Shown here piece after piece: positions 18,178-26,955 of a stretch of 32,000 nucleotides of DNA. The translations under genes and the position numbers were made by a program. The DNA is from Methanopyrus kandleri AV19 (lineage in GTDB: Archaea > JAADCQ01 > Methanopyri > Methanopyrales > Methanopyraceae). How positions within the stretch are numbered: position 1 is the stretch's first letter; each line of letters begins with the position of its first letter. The notes under the pieces are model-generated. The model made no database searches. It saw nothing but the letters and a program-made list of their open reading frames with translations, and was not told the DNA's origin. Where the stretch lies: NCBI RefSeq assembly GCF_000007185.1, contig NC_003551.1, positions 960,001 to 992,000 on the forward strand, written 5' to 3'.

Positions 18178-19302
18178 TTGCTAGGACTGGCCGGCCTGCA
18201 AGATTACACCCTTCTCGCCGTCGGGATCATCGCGCTGGTCACGGTGCTCTCGATAATCTTGTCCATACCGATCACCGACGTCGTTTGGCGGTACGCCCCC
18301 TACGCTTACCCGCTCCCCAGGGCCAAGGCCGTCGAGGCGGAGACGCTATCCGACGAGGATTACGAGGAACTCAAGGACGCCCCGGTGCGGGACCTGGTCA
18401 CCAGGCTCGAGGAGCTCGGAGTCGAGCCTGAAGCAGCCCGGGCGGTACTCGACGGGAACACGGCTCCACTCGAGATAGAGCTCAAGCGCCGTGCCGTCGA
18501 GTCCGTGATGGAGAGAATCGTCGAGACCAGCCCGGAGGACGTTTCCGAGCTGGCGCGGGCCCTGATAGCCAAGTACGAGCTAGAAGACATCAAGGCGGTA
18601 CTGCGTGCGCGCCATGCGGGTGAGGAACCAAAACACCTCGTGGACGCGCCCGTACTGCTCGGAGCGGAAACCTGGCGAGAGCTAAAGGAAGCGCGCTCAG
18701 TCCCGGAGGTCGTAGACTACCTACGCGGAACTCCGTACGATCGCGGATTAGAGGAGGCCCTGCGTGAGTACGAGGAGACGGGCTCTCTACTACCGCTGGA
18801 GTTGGCCCTTGATAGGGCTTATTACGAGCACCTGTGGGATCTGGTGGTAAGCGAGAAGGTTGACGAGGAACTGGCCAGGCTGGTCGGCCTTGAGATCGAC
18901 CTATACAACGTGGAGGTCGCGCTTCGAGGTGCGATCCTGAACCTGGACCCGGAACGTGTGCTCGAGGCTATGGCGGAAGGCGGCTGGGAGCTGGCCGAGT
19001 GGAGGAAGCGGGAGCTGGCGGAAGCCGAAGATCCCCTAGAGGTCGTCGAGAGACTCTCAGGGACTTCCCTCGGGCCGTACTTGGAGGAAGCCGCCGAGGA
19101 GTACTCGGAAGGGCGTGGAGTTCAGGTCTTCGACGAAGCCCTCCGTAAAGCCCGCTACGAGCTGGCCCGAGAGATCGCGGGGTCCGATCTCATCGGAGCA
19201 CCGGCCGTGGTGCACGCGGTGTACGAGAAGCAGCGTGAGGTCGATAACGTGATCTCCCTAGTCAACGCCAAGGTGGCGGACGTCGAGACCATGTTAGTGT
19301 AG
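18178..19302 (+). CDS. atpC: A-type ATP synthase subunit C (TTG start) with an N-terminal hydrophobic segment
   Basis: Position between E and F; typical ARI-like YAYPLPRAKAVEAETLSDEDYEEL, LRLDLYNVEVALRGAILNLD-like segments; N-terminus LLAVGIIALVTVLSIILSIPI. Confidence 0.9.
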   Translation: MLGLAGLQDYTLLAVGIIALVTVLSIILSIPITDVVWRYAPYAYPLPRAKAVEAETLSDEDYEELKDAPVRDLVTRLEELGVEPEAARAVLDGNTAPLEIELKRRAVESVMERIVETSPEDVSELARALIAKYELEDIKAVLRARHAGEEPKHLVDAPVLLGAETWRELKEARSVPEVVDYLRGTPYDRGLEEALREYEETGSLLPLELALDRAYYEHLWDLVVSEKVDEELARLVGLEIDLYNVEVALRGAILNLDPERVLEAMAEGGWELAEWRKRELAEAEDPLEVVERLSGTSLGPYLEEAAEEYSEGRGVQVFDEALRKARYELAREIAGSDLIGAPAVVHAVYEKQREVDNVISLVNAKVADVETMLV

Positions 19303-19314
19303 GGGGAGCCACCC

Positions 19315-19653
19315 GTGTACGTAGTAGCCGCCGTGGTGAACGGGTCCGTCGCCTCGGGGTTCAGGCTCGTCGGCGTGCGAACGATCGACGCGGACCGTGA
19401 GGATCCTAAGGAGGCCGTGAAGAAGCTCGCTTCGGATCCGGAGGTTGGGGTGATCATTCTCACCGAAGATGTGGCCGAAAAGGTGAAGGAAGAGGTAGAG
19501 GAGATCCAGCGGGAGAAGGTCTCTCGAGGTGAAGCTACTCCTATTTTCGTGACCGTTCCCGGACCGGAAGGCCCAACCGAGGAGTTCGAGATCGAGGAGA
19601 TAGTTAAAAAGGCGGTAGGAGTGGAGATCGACCTCGAACGCATCGAGCGTTAG
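19315..19653 (+). CDS. atpF: A-type ATP synthase subunit F (GTG start)
   Basis: [49 protein letters not shown]. Confidence 0.92.
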   Translation: MYVVAAVVNGSVASGFRLVGVRTIDADREDPKEAVKKLASDPEVGVIILTEDVAEKVKEEVEEIQREKVSRGEATPIFVTVPGPEGPTEEFEIEEIVKKAVGVEIDLERIER

Positions 19654-19664
19654 GGGGATCTTCC

Positions 19665-21443
19665 GTGTCCAACAGCGTGAAAGGCGAGATAGTGAAGATC
19701 GCGGGACCCGTCGTGGAGGCGGTGGGTTGTGAGGGCGCGAAGATGTACGAGGTGTTCCGGGTCGGCGACGAGGGTCTAATCGGTGAGGTCATCAACATCG
19801 AGAGCGACCGGGCTACTATACAGGTCTACGAAGAAACTACCGGTCTGCAGCCCGGTGAGCCCGTCAAGGGTACCGGAGAGCTCCTATCCGTGGAGTTAGG
19901 TCCCGGACTGCTTACTCAGATCTTCGACGGAATCCAGCGCCCGCTGCCCGAGATCCGTAAGGAAGTCGGTGACTTCGTCGAGCGTGGTATCCTCGTGTCG
20001 GCCCTGGACCGGAAGAAGAAGTGGGAGTTCACTCCCAAGGTCAAGGAGGGCGAGAAGGTCGAAGAGGGCGACGTCCTCGGAACCGTGCCGGAGACGGAGT
20101 TCATCGAGCACAAGATCATGGTTCCGCCCGGTGTGTCCGGTGAGGTAATCGAGATCGCGGCCGACGGAGAGTACACCGTGGAGGACACCATCGCCGTCAT
20201 CGAGGACGAAGAGGGCGAGGAGCACGAGGTCACCATGATGCAGGAGTGGCCCGTGCGGAAGCCGCGACCTTACAAGCGCAAGCTCGACCCGGAGGAGCCC
20301 CTGATCACGGGTCAGCGTGTCATTGACACGTTCTTCCCCGTGGCCAAGGGTGGAACCGCCGCTATTCCGGGGCCGTTCGGGAGCGGTAAGACGGTTACCC
20401 AGCAGCAGCTGGCGAAGTGGGCGGACGCCCAGGTAGTGGTGTACATCGGATGCGGAGAGCGTGGTAACGAGATGACCGAGGTGCTCGAGGACTTCCCGGA
20501 ACTCGAGGACCCACGGACGGGTAGGCCCCTGATGGAGCGTACGATCCTGGTAGCGAACACGTCCAACATGCCGGTGGCGGCCCGTGAAGCCTGTATCTAC
20601 ACCGGTATCACGATGGCGGAGTACTACCGGGACATGGGCTACGACGTGGCGCTCATGGCCGACTCCACGTCGCGGTGGGCCGAGGCGCTGCGTGAGATCT
20701 CAGGTCGACTGGAGGAGATGCCGGGTGAGGAGGGTTACCCGGCGTACCTGGCCTCCAGACTCGCCGAGTTCTACGAGCGTGCGGGTCGCGTCGTCTGTCT
20801 GGGTTCCGACGACCGAGTAGGTTCGGTCACCGTGGTGGGTGCGGTGTCCCCACCGGGTGGTGACTTCTCAGAGCCCGTAACGCAGAACACACTACGTATC
20901 GTGAAGGTCTTCTGGGCGCTCGACTCCAAGCTGGCGGACCGTCGGCACTTCCCTGCGATCAACTGGTTGCAGTCGTACTCGCTGTACCTGGACGACGTCG
21001 AGAAGTGGTGGCACGAGGAGATCGGTGGTGACTGGAGGGAGCTACGCGACGAGGCTATGGAGATACTCCAGCGCGAGTCGGAGCTGGAGGAGATCGTGCA
21101 GCTGGTGGGACCGGACGCGCTGCCGGAGAGCGAGCGTCTGATCCTAGAGGTCGCGAGAATGATCCGTGAGGACTTCCTGCAACAGAACGCGTTCCACGAG
21201 GTCGACACGTACTGCCCGCCCGAGAAGCAGTACGAGATGCTCAAGACCATCCTGCACTTCAAGGAGAGGGCCGAGGAGGCCGTGGACAAGGGAGTGCCGG
21301 TGGACGAGATCCTCAAGCTCGACGTCATCGACGACATCGCCAGGATGAAGGTGATACCCAACGAGGAAGCGAAGGAGAAGATACAGGAGATCCGGAAGAA
21401 GATCGACGAGCAGTTCGAGGAGCTCATAGAGGAGGCCTCGTAA
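19665..21443 (+). CDS. atpA: A-type ATP synthase catalytic subunit A
   Basis: Walker [13 protein letters not shown]; [34 protein letters not shown]; [27 protein letters not shown]. Confidence 0.99.
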   Translation: MSNSVKGEIVKIAGPVVEAVGCEGAKMYEVFRVGDEGLIGEVINIESDRATIQVYEETTGLQPGEPVKGTGELLSVELGPGLLTQIFDGIQRPLPEIRKEVGDFVERGILVSALDRKKKWEFTPKVKEGEKVEEGDVLGTVPETEFIEHKIMVPPGVSGEVIEIAADGEYTVEDTIAVIEDEEGEEHEVTMMQEWPVRKPRPYKRKLDPEEPLITGQRVIDTFFPVAKGGTAAIPGPFGSGKTVTQQQLAKWADAQVVVYIGCGERGNEMTEVLEDFPELEDPRTGRPLMERTILVANTSNMPVAAREACIYTGITMAEYYRDMGYDVALMADSTSRWAEALREISGRLEEMPGEEGYPAYLASRLAEFYERAGRVVCLGSDDRVGSVTVVGAVSPPGGDFSEPVTQNTLRIVKVFWALDSKLADRRHFPAINWLQSYSLYLDDVEKWWHEEIGGDWRELRDEAMEILQRESELEEIVQLVGPDALPESERLILEVARMIREDFLQQNAFHEVDTYCPPEKQYEMLKTILHFKERAEEAVDKGVPVDEILKLDVIDDIARMKVIPNEEAKEKIQEIRKKIDEQFEELIEEAS

Positions 21444-21483
21444 ATCCCCCTTCTCTCCCTCGGATCGTTACGGGGGTCGTAAC

Positions 21484-22095
21484 GTGAGAGAGTTCCTCGT
21501 ACTGTTCAACCACGCCCCTACGTCACCCGACCGCGTGCGGCTCAAGGACCTTCCCGGCTCCGGACGCTTCGATCTGGTGTGTCGCGTTACGACCCAAGCT
21601 CTACTGTACTCCCACGGGGTTCGAACGGACACGGTGGTACATCTCCTACTGCGCGGTCCCGACGATCCCCCGAAAACCATCACCGTGACGGGTCGCCGTG
21701 TGCGCCGTTTGTACCCGGACGAGCGTACCACCGCGATCCATCTTCGACGCGCCCTCGAGGCAGACCCGGACACCGAACCCCATCCCGGGATCTTCGTCCG
21801 TCGCGCGGACCTCGAGGATCTGCTCGGTGAGATGAAAGGTGCCAAGCTCTACTACCTGAGTGAGGACGGTCGGGATTTAGAGGAAGTGGAACCGGAGCCC
21901 GATGCCGTGTTCGTCCTCGGAGATCACGAGGGTCCTACGCCGGAGCAGGATCGTCTGTTGAGACGGCATGCCGACGCCGTGATATCGCTCGGGCCGATCC
22001 CCTATCACGCCGATCAATGCATCGTGATCTTGCACCGGTACCTGGACGTGAAACGGCCGCCTGAATACGCTCACGGCCCCTCGAACGTTATGTAA
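21484..22095 (+). CDS. trmY: tRNA (pseudouridine54-N1)-methyltransferase TrmY (SPOUT family)
   Basis: FLVLFNHAPTSPDRVRLKDLPGSGRFDLVCRVTTQALLYSHGVRTDT and FVLGDHEGPTPEQDRLLRRHADAVISLGPIPYHADQCIVILHRYLD. Confidence 0.92.
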   Translation: MREFLVLFNHAPTSPDRVRLKDLPGSGRFDLVCRVTTQALLYSHGVRTDTVVHLLLRGPDDPPKTITVTGRRVRRLYPDERTTAIHLRRALEADPDTEPHPGIFVRRADLEDLLGEMKGAKLYYLSEDGRDLEEVEPEPDAVFVLGDHEGPTPEQDRLLRRHADAVISLGPIPYHADQCIVILHRYLDVKRPPEYAHGPSNVM

Positions 22096-22189
22096 TCCGT
22101 GACGTACTCCCGTGCGCTTTCGCAAAACTCTGTCGGGGAAATTGCTAACAATCGGTGATCGGCACGGTAGTTTAGATACGGGGGCACCG

Positions 22190-22636
22190 ATGCGACACCT
22201 CTACCTTACGGTTCTCCCCGATCGCACCCTCTTCGCGGCTCTAGACGAAGAGTTCTTACCGGAACGTGCCTATCTCAGCCACCGCGGTGACAAGTTCAAG
22301 TTCTCTACGGAAGAGACCGAACTCAGCCGCGAGATCGAAGACGAGACCCTGTTGGAGGCCCGTAAGACGTTGGAGCGGAACGTGGGGGAGGTCTTGGGGG
22401 AGAAACCTAGACTACTGCGCGTTGAAGAGAGGGAAGACCTACCCAAGGGACGCGCGGTGGAGGTGTACGGTCGGGGAGGGACCAAGGAGATCTTCGTTGG
22501 AAAGGTGGAGCTAGGAGAGGAGGTTCTACTGGCCTCGCGCGGTACGGGCTCCGAGGAGGCCAAAGAGGTCACGGAAGTCGCGGAACGTGTGCTCAGCGGC
22601 CTGCTCGGTCGCGTTATCGACCTTTACTACTCCTGA
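22190..22636 (+). CDS. Hypothetical protein (148 aa from ATG 22190; the track frame opens at 22112)
   Basis: ATG preceded by a GGGGG run (~22180); ordered amphipathic sequence with high charge; stop at 22634-22636. Confidence 0.6.
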   Translation: MRHLYLTVLPDRTLFAALDEEFLPERAYLSHRGDKFKFSTEETELSREIEDETLLEARKTLERNVGEVLGEKPRLLRVEEREDLPKGRAVEVYGRGGTKEIFVGKVELGEEVLLASRGTGSEEAKEVTEVAERVLSGLLGRVIDLYYS

Positions 22637-22932
22637 ATCTTCCGTTCCACCGACCGCACCTTACCCTCCGCGGTCAGCTCCTTGTCCCTGCGCTCGTCTA
22701 TCTTGACTACGAACACGGCACGGTCCACGACGCGTAACGCGGCCTCCCTAGCGACGCGGAGCGCCTCCAAAGCGTCCTCGAAGGTTTCCACCTCCACCAC
22801 GGTACCCATCGGGCCTACCTGCGGCTCGAACCCGGCTTCCTTCAGGGCTTTCACTACCTCGACTATCTCATCACTGACGCTCGGTGATCCGGTTCCGATC
22901 GGGTAGAACGAAATCTCCATCACGACCGCCAC
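22627..22932 (-). CDS. MTH1187-family (YkoF-like) thiamine-binding protein
   Basis: Reverse complement of ccggttccgatcgggtagaacgaaatctccat gives MEISFYPIGTG; MEISFYPIGTGSPSVSDEIVEVVKALKEAGFEPQVGPMGTVVE is the family signature. The stop is TAG (cta at 22627-22629 on +), so the gene is on the minus strand. Confidence 0.85.
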   Translation of the reverse strand: MAVVMEISFYPIGTGSPSVSDEIVEVVKALKEAGFEPQVGPMGTVVEVETFEDALEALRVAREAALRVVDRAVFVVKIDERRDKELTAEGKVRSVERKIQE

Positions 22933-23942
22933 GGGTTCCGCCCCCTCGGCATCAGAATCAACGGGAGCACGGATAAAGGATTGAAGTTACCACGCGGTCC
23001 GGTGATCTCGACGATCACGTCGTCGTAGTCCACTACCCCGTCCCAACCATCCTCGAACCCGAACCTCAGGTACCATACACCGTGCTCGCACTTGGTCGAC
23101 CCGCGACACGCGTCTACCCTCCGTCCGACGACCTCCGTCGTCCACGCTATTATGGCGCCGTCGAGGAATGCCCGGAGTTCCGGCGACTCTTCGGCCAACT
23201 TCCTGAGCACCTCGGCCGTCTCCGCGTCCGAGCATAGGACAGTGTCTTCACCTTTCAGCGCGATGCCGAGACGTTCCGGGTGCACGTCCAGTGTTCCGAT
23301 AATCGGTGAAGCTTCACCATCCGGGGTTATTCGTATCACTGAGCCCGTGGACCGGTCCAGCAACAAAACGTCGTACTCCTCCGGAGATTCGCGCTTGATC
23401 GAGATCTTCAACTCCCCTACCGAGACCACGACCGCCTCAAGGGTCACCTCTATGACGGCATCGTTGTAGTCGGCGTCGGTCCCATCCTCGAACGCGAACT
23501 CGAACCCGTCCGGTGTCCTCCTGACGATACAGCAAGGCCTACCCTGTACCTCCGTCGTCACGATCACCGGACCGTTGAGGATCGTTCGCAGTTCCGGACG
23601 ATCCAACAGCCTCCGGAACGTCGCCGCGGTCGTGGGGTCCGAGCACAGTGCTACTCCCGGCCATTCACCGGGCTTGAACGGGATCACGACGGCACCCAGT
23701 GCGTCCGGATGCACCTCGCCCGGTATCAACGGCTCAGGCTTCCGCAGTGTACGCTCAAGGACCCACGGTCGCGGTCCGGGCGACGCGTCGGTGCCCAGGT
23801 ACCAGAGCGCTCCACTGGCGTTGTCCACCAGGAATAGATGATGTGTGTAACCGCTTTCACGCGATATCCATACCGCTCCGAGCTTCATCCCCGAGCATCC
23901 AACCGGTGATATCAACAACGCTAGCAAAAACACCGTTAGCAT
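22920..23942 (-). CDS. Predicted secreted protein or lipoprotein with two internally duplicated domains bearing FEDG-x-D-x-DYND-type motifs
   Basis: Signal-like N-terminus MLTVFLLALLISPVGCSG; repeats CSDPTTAATFRRLLDRPELRTILNGPVIVTTEV...FAFEDGTDADYNDAVIEV and CSDAETAEVLRKLAEESPELRAFLDGAIIAWTTEV...FGFEDGWDGVVDYDDVIVEI. Confidence 0.75.
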   Translation of the reverse strand: MLTVFLLALLISPVGCSGMKLGAVWISRESGYTHHLFLVDNASGALWYLGTDASPGPRPWVLERTLRKPEPLIPGEVHPDALGAVVIPFKPGEWPGVALCSDPTTAATFRRLLDRPELRTILNGPVIVTTEVQGRPCCIVRRTPDGFEFAFEDGTDADYNDAVIEVTLEAVVVSVGELKISIKRESPEEYDVLLLDRSTGSVIRITPDGEASPIIGTLDVHPERLGIALKGEDTVLCSDAETAEVLRKLAEESPELRAFLDGAIIAWTTEVVGRRVDACRGSTKCEHGVWYLRFGFEDGWDGVVDYDDVIVEITGPRGNFNPLSVLPLILMPRGRNPWRS

Positions 23943-23975
23943 CGCCGCTCCCCCGATCCGTGGGGGGTAACCTAC

Positions 23976-24734
23976 GTGACCGTTCTGGTTTCGACTCTTG
24001 CACTGGGCGATTGGTGGGCAGATCCGGAGCGCGTGAACGAGCTACCCGAGCTGACGGGAAGCGACGGTGTTGAGCTGATCCTCGAAGGGTCGTTTCAACC
24101 GGGGCGGCTCGATCCGAACGAACTCAACGTTGAGGTCTCCTCGGTACACGCTCCCTTCGCCGACTTAAACCCAGCGAGTCCGAGCGATCATCACCATGAG
24201 TACATCCTGGAGGTCATCCAACGGGCCGCTGAGCTCGCCGCGGAGCTGGATGCTCACTACCTCACGGTTCACCCCGGGCACTTGACACCGGTGACGATCC
24301 ACGACCGAGAACTGGCCATCGAGCTCGCCATCGAGACCTTGGGAGAGCTCGCCGACGAGGTCCGCTCGTTCGGTGTCGAGCCGCTCGTTGAGAACATGCC
24401 GGATCACTCGCTACTGCTGGGCACCAGTGCGGACGAGATGGAGGAGATACTCCGGGCGTCGGGGTGTGGGTTCACGCTGGACGTCGGTCACGCTCTGACC
24501 GCGGAGGGTAGTCTCCGTCCGTACCTGCGGTTGCGGCCCGATCTCCTCCATGTTCACGACAACTCGGGCGACGGCGACGAGCACCTACCACCCGGGAGCG
24601 GAATCTTAGATTTCGAGGAGTTGCGAAGGGCACTGCACCACCGGGTGCTGCCCGTGGTGGAAGTCCGGGGGATCGAGAAGGCACGTGAGGCTGTGAGGAC
24701 GGTCCGCGAGATCATGGAACGTCCTGAGAACTGA
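23976..24734 (+). CDS. Xylose isomerase-like TIM barrel / AP endonuclease 2-family protein (GTG start)
   Basis: SVHAPFADLNPASPSDHHHEYI, LDAHYLTVHPGHLTPV, VEPLVENMPDHSLLLG, GFTLDVGHAL, LLHVHDNSGDGDEHLPPGSGILDF. Confidence 0.88.
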   Translation: MTVLVSTLALGDWWADPERVNELPELTGSDGVELILEGSFQPGRLDPNELNVEVSSVHAPFADLNPASPSDHHHEYILEVIQRAAELAAELDAHYLTVHPGHLTPVTIHDRELAIELAIETLGELADEVRSFGVEPLVENMPDHSLLLGTSADEMEEILRASGCGFTLDVGHALTAEGSLRPYLRLRPDLLHVHDNSGDGDEHLPPGSGILDFEELRRALHHRVLPVVEVRGIEKAREAVRTVREIMERPEN

Positions 24735-24768
24735 AACGATACGTGTGGGCGGTGGGGGAACCGCCCCA

Positions 24769-24969
24769 CTAGATTTCAACAATTCTGCCTATGGCGTACG
24801 TGTCACGTACTGACACTATTTTCACTAGCACCTTGTCACCCTTCTCCGCTTCTGGTACGAATATTACGAACCCATTGACCCTCGCGACACCGTCACCTCG
24901 CTTCCCTGTGTCCTCGATCTTTACCTCGTAGACGTCCCCAACATCCACGGGCTTGTCCTTCCCTTCCAA
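24769..24969 (-). CDS. Small stand-alone TRAM-domain protein
   Basis: 66 aa: VDVGDVYEVKIEDTGKRGDGVARVNGFVIFVPEAEKGDKVLVKIVSVRDTYAIGRIVE. Confidence 0.92.
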   Translation of the reverse strand: MEGKDKPVDVGDVYEVKIEDTGKRGDGVARVNGFVIFVPEAEKGDKVLVKIVSVRDTYAIGRIVEI

Positions 24970-25017
24970 ACCTTCACACCTCCTTCACCGAGAACGCGGA
25001 TTTCCGGGAATTCACAT

Positions 25018-25035
25018 TACTTATAGTTTTCCCCC
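25018..25035 (-). promoter_or_regulatory. Probable BRE/TATA promoter for the TRAM gene (minus strand GGGAAAACTATAAGTAA)
   Basis: AT-rich box with BRE-like purines about 50 nt upstream of ATG 24969. Confidence 0.6.
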
Positions 25036-25169
25036 AGCGTGTCTCCCGACGGTTCAGATGCGGACACGGGACGTAGTCCGTTGGCGCTCGCCGCCTGCTA
25101 CTCGGTAGCGATGGATGATAGTACGAAGACCGGCCGAGTCGATATGCTGGCCGTCGCTCGGGTGAACGG

Positions 25170-25793
25170 TCAGTCGGCTTTCCGGGCCAGACCGTCCAAC
25201 GCTATCGCTTCACCGTCAATCAGAAGGAGGGGGTTCACGTCGAGTTCGGACCATCCTTCCTCCTTGTACACCCCGTGGGCTGCGTTGACGACTTCGGCGA
25301 GGCGGTTAGGGCCTATCTCGGAGAGTAATCGTTCACCTCCGGGCACTCTACGGAGGCCCCTCTCGACGTCCTCTCCGTCAACCGGGGGTCGCCGCACGAT
25401 GTAGGCCCGAAGTTCTTCGACGAGCTTCCCGCCGAGACCGAGCAGTACGACGGTACCGAAAGTGTCGTCTTCCTTTATCCCTAAAAAGGCCTCTATGCCT
25501 TTGACCACGTCCAAATGTTCCTGAACGATGACACCGACTGCGTCGGGCCAGCGCTCCAACAGCTCGGCCACGCGTCGTTCGAGCCGCTCCTTGGACGGTA
25601 CGGCCGTGTATATGGCACCGACACGGGCCCGATGCGCGACTCCCGAATGGAGGAGCTTGACGGTGTAAGGGGGATCGAACGGTACGTCGGAGGCCTCCTC
25701 GGGGCGCTCGAGGACGGTGAAGCGTGGCGTTTTGAGACCGCCCTCACGAAGCGCGGTAAGCACATCGTGCTCCAGAACGATCTCAGAGCTCAC
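25170..25793 (-). CDS. ATP-grasp domain protein resembling the beta subunit of ADP-forming acyl-CoA synthetase
   Basis: PPYTVKLLHSGVAHRARVGAIYTAV, VQEHLDVVKGIEAFLGIKEDDTFGTVVLLGLGGKLVEEL, WSELDVNPLLLIDGEAIALDGLARK. Confidence 0.82.
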   Translation of the reverse strand: MSSEIVLEHDVLTALREGGLKTPRFTVLERPEEASDVPFDPPYTVKLLHSGVAHRARVGAIYTAVPSKERLERRVAELLERWPDAVGVIVQEHLDVVKGIEAFLGIKEDDTFGTVVLLGLGGKLVEELRAYIVRRPPVDGEDVERGLRRVPGGERLLSEIGPNRLAEVVNAAHGVYKEEGWSELDVNPLLLIDGEAIALDGLARKAD

Positions 25794-26929
25794 GACTTGA
25801 TCAACTCCCCCATAACCTCGTTGAAGGCCTCACAGAACCGCTCTATGTCCTCCCGTGGGGCCGAAAACGCCACTCGGATGAACCCCTTACCGCGGCGTGG
25901 GCTGGTATAGTAGCCCGTCCTCACGAAGATACCGTGCTCGGAGTACAGTTTACCCACGACGGTTTTCGAGTCGATATACCCGTACTCGGAGAAGTCGATC
26001 ACGAGACAGTTGGCGTGCGAGGGGTACACCGGTATCTTCACTCCGTCTCCCTCACACTCGCGCTTGATCAGACGCTGGTTCCGCGTGACCTCCCTGAGCA
26101 GTCTCGGGATCCATCGATCGCGAACCTTCAAGGCGGTGATGGCGGCCTCCTGAGCTATCAGGTTTATCCCTAACTTGCTCACCTTGTACTTGGATACCTG
26201 CTCCAGCAGTTTCCGCTCTCCGATCACGGCTCCGATCCGAAGGCCGGCGAGTCCGTACGTCTTGGAGAAACTGTACAGGTCGACGCAGCGTTCCGGGTCC
26301 ATCTCGCAGGCTACTGGTTGCTCCGGAGCGAAGTCCCTGTACGTGCAGTCGTGTACCAGGAATGCGTCCGCATCTTGGGCGAGCTCCACGAGACCCCGGA
26401 GCTCCCGCTCGGACATGGAGCTGCCGAGCGGGTTGGAAGGGTTTATTACGAAAATGAGATCGAGCTCCCGGAGGTTACCATCGAACTCCTCCATCACGGC
26501 GTCTACCGTCATCTGATAGTCGAACTCCTCGGAGTATATGTCGACCTCTTGGACGTGAACTCCCTCCGCCATCATCATACCGTCGATCGTCTTGTACCCT
26601 GGATCCGGAGTCACGGCCACACCGTTGCTGGCGAACGCCCTGATGACGGCGTGGACGCCCTCGATGGCGCCGTTGGTGATCACGGCGTCGAAATCGTCGT
26701 CGAGTTCGAAGTACTCCAGGAGTCCCTCTCGAAGTCGCCGGTCGCCCTGCGGGTGTGCGTACACGTTGTACGGTGCCTCCAGTGCGGCGCGCACGACCGC
26801 TCTACGGACCTCCTCGGGGGGTCCCAGTCGATTGGTGTTCTGGCCGAGCTCTATCACCTCGCCGGAATGTATCTTCCGGAATAGTTCGTCCGGTGAATCG
26901 GGAATCCAGTCGGCTGACACCGGCCCCAC
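25790..26929 (-). CDS. PLP-dependent class I/II aminotransferase (HisC/Asp-aminotransferase fold)
   Basis: FVINPSNPLGSSMSERELRGL, SFSKTYGLAGLRIGAVIG (PLP lysine), FIRVAFSAPREDIERF; 4-nt overlap with the ATP-grasp gene. Confidence 0.9.
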   Translation of the reverse strand: MGPVSADWIPDSPDELFRKIHSGEVIELGQNTNRLGPPEEVRRAVVRAALEAPYNVYAHPQGDRRLREGLLEYFELDDDFDAVITNGAIEGVHAVIRAFASNGVAVTPDPGYKTIDGMMMAEGVHVQEVDIYSEEFDYQMTVDAVMEEFDGNLRELDLIFVINPSNPLGSSMSERELRGLVELAQDADAFLVHDCTYRDFAPEQPVACEMDPERCVDLYSFSKTYGLAGLRIGAVIGERKLLEQVSKYKVSKLGINLIAQEAAITALKVRDRWIPRLLREVTRNQRLIKRECEGDGVKIPVYPSHANCLVIDFSEYGYIDSKTVVGKLYSEHGIFVRTGYYTSPRRGKGFIRVAFSAPREDIERFCEAFNEVMGELIKS

Positions 26930-26955
26930 CCCGAGGACTTTAGACCGCCAGACTT

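Noticed and set aside
20771-21427. 218-aa minus-strand ORF opposite atpA
   Set aside because: Serine-rich shadow frame of a universally conserved catalytic subunit.
25055-25080. GGTTCAGATGC resembling a tRNA T-loop
   Set aside because: No matching acceptor, D or anticodon stems could be assembled around it.
26318-26884. 188-aa plus-strand ORF opposite the aminotransferase
   Set aside because: Shadow ORF; the minus-strand gene contains the PLP-lysine motif SFSKTYGLAGLRIG.
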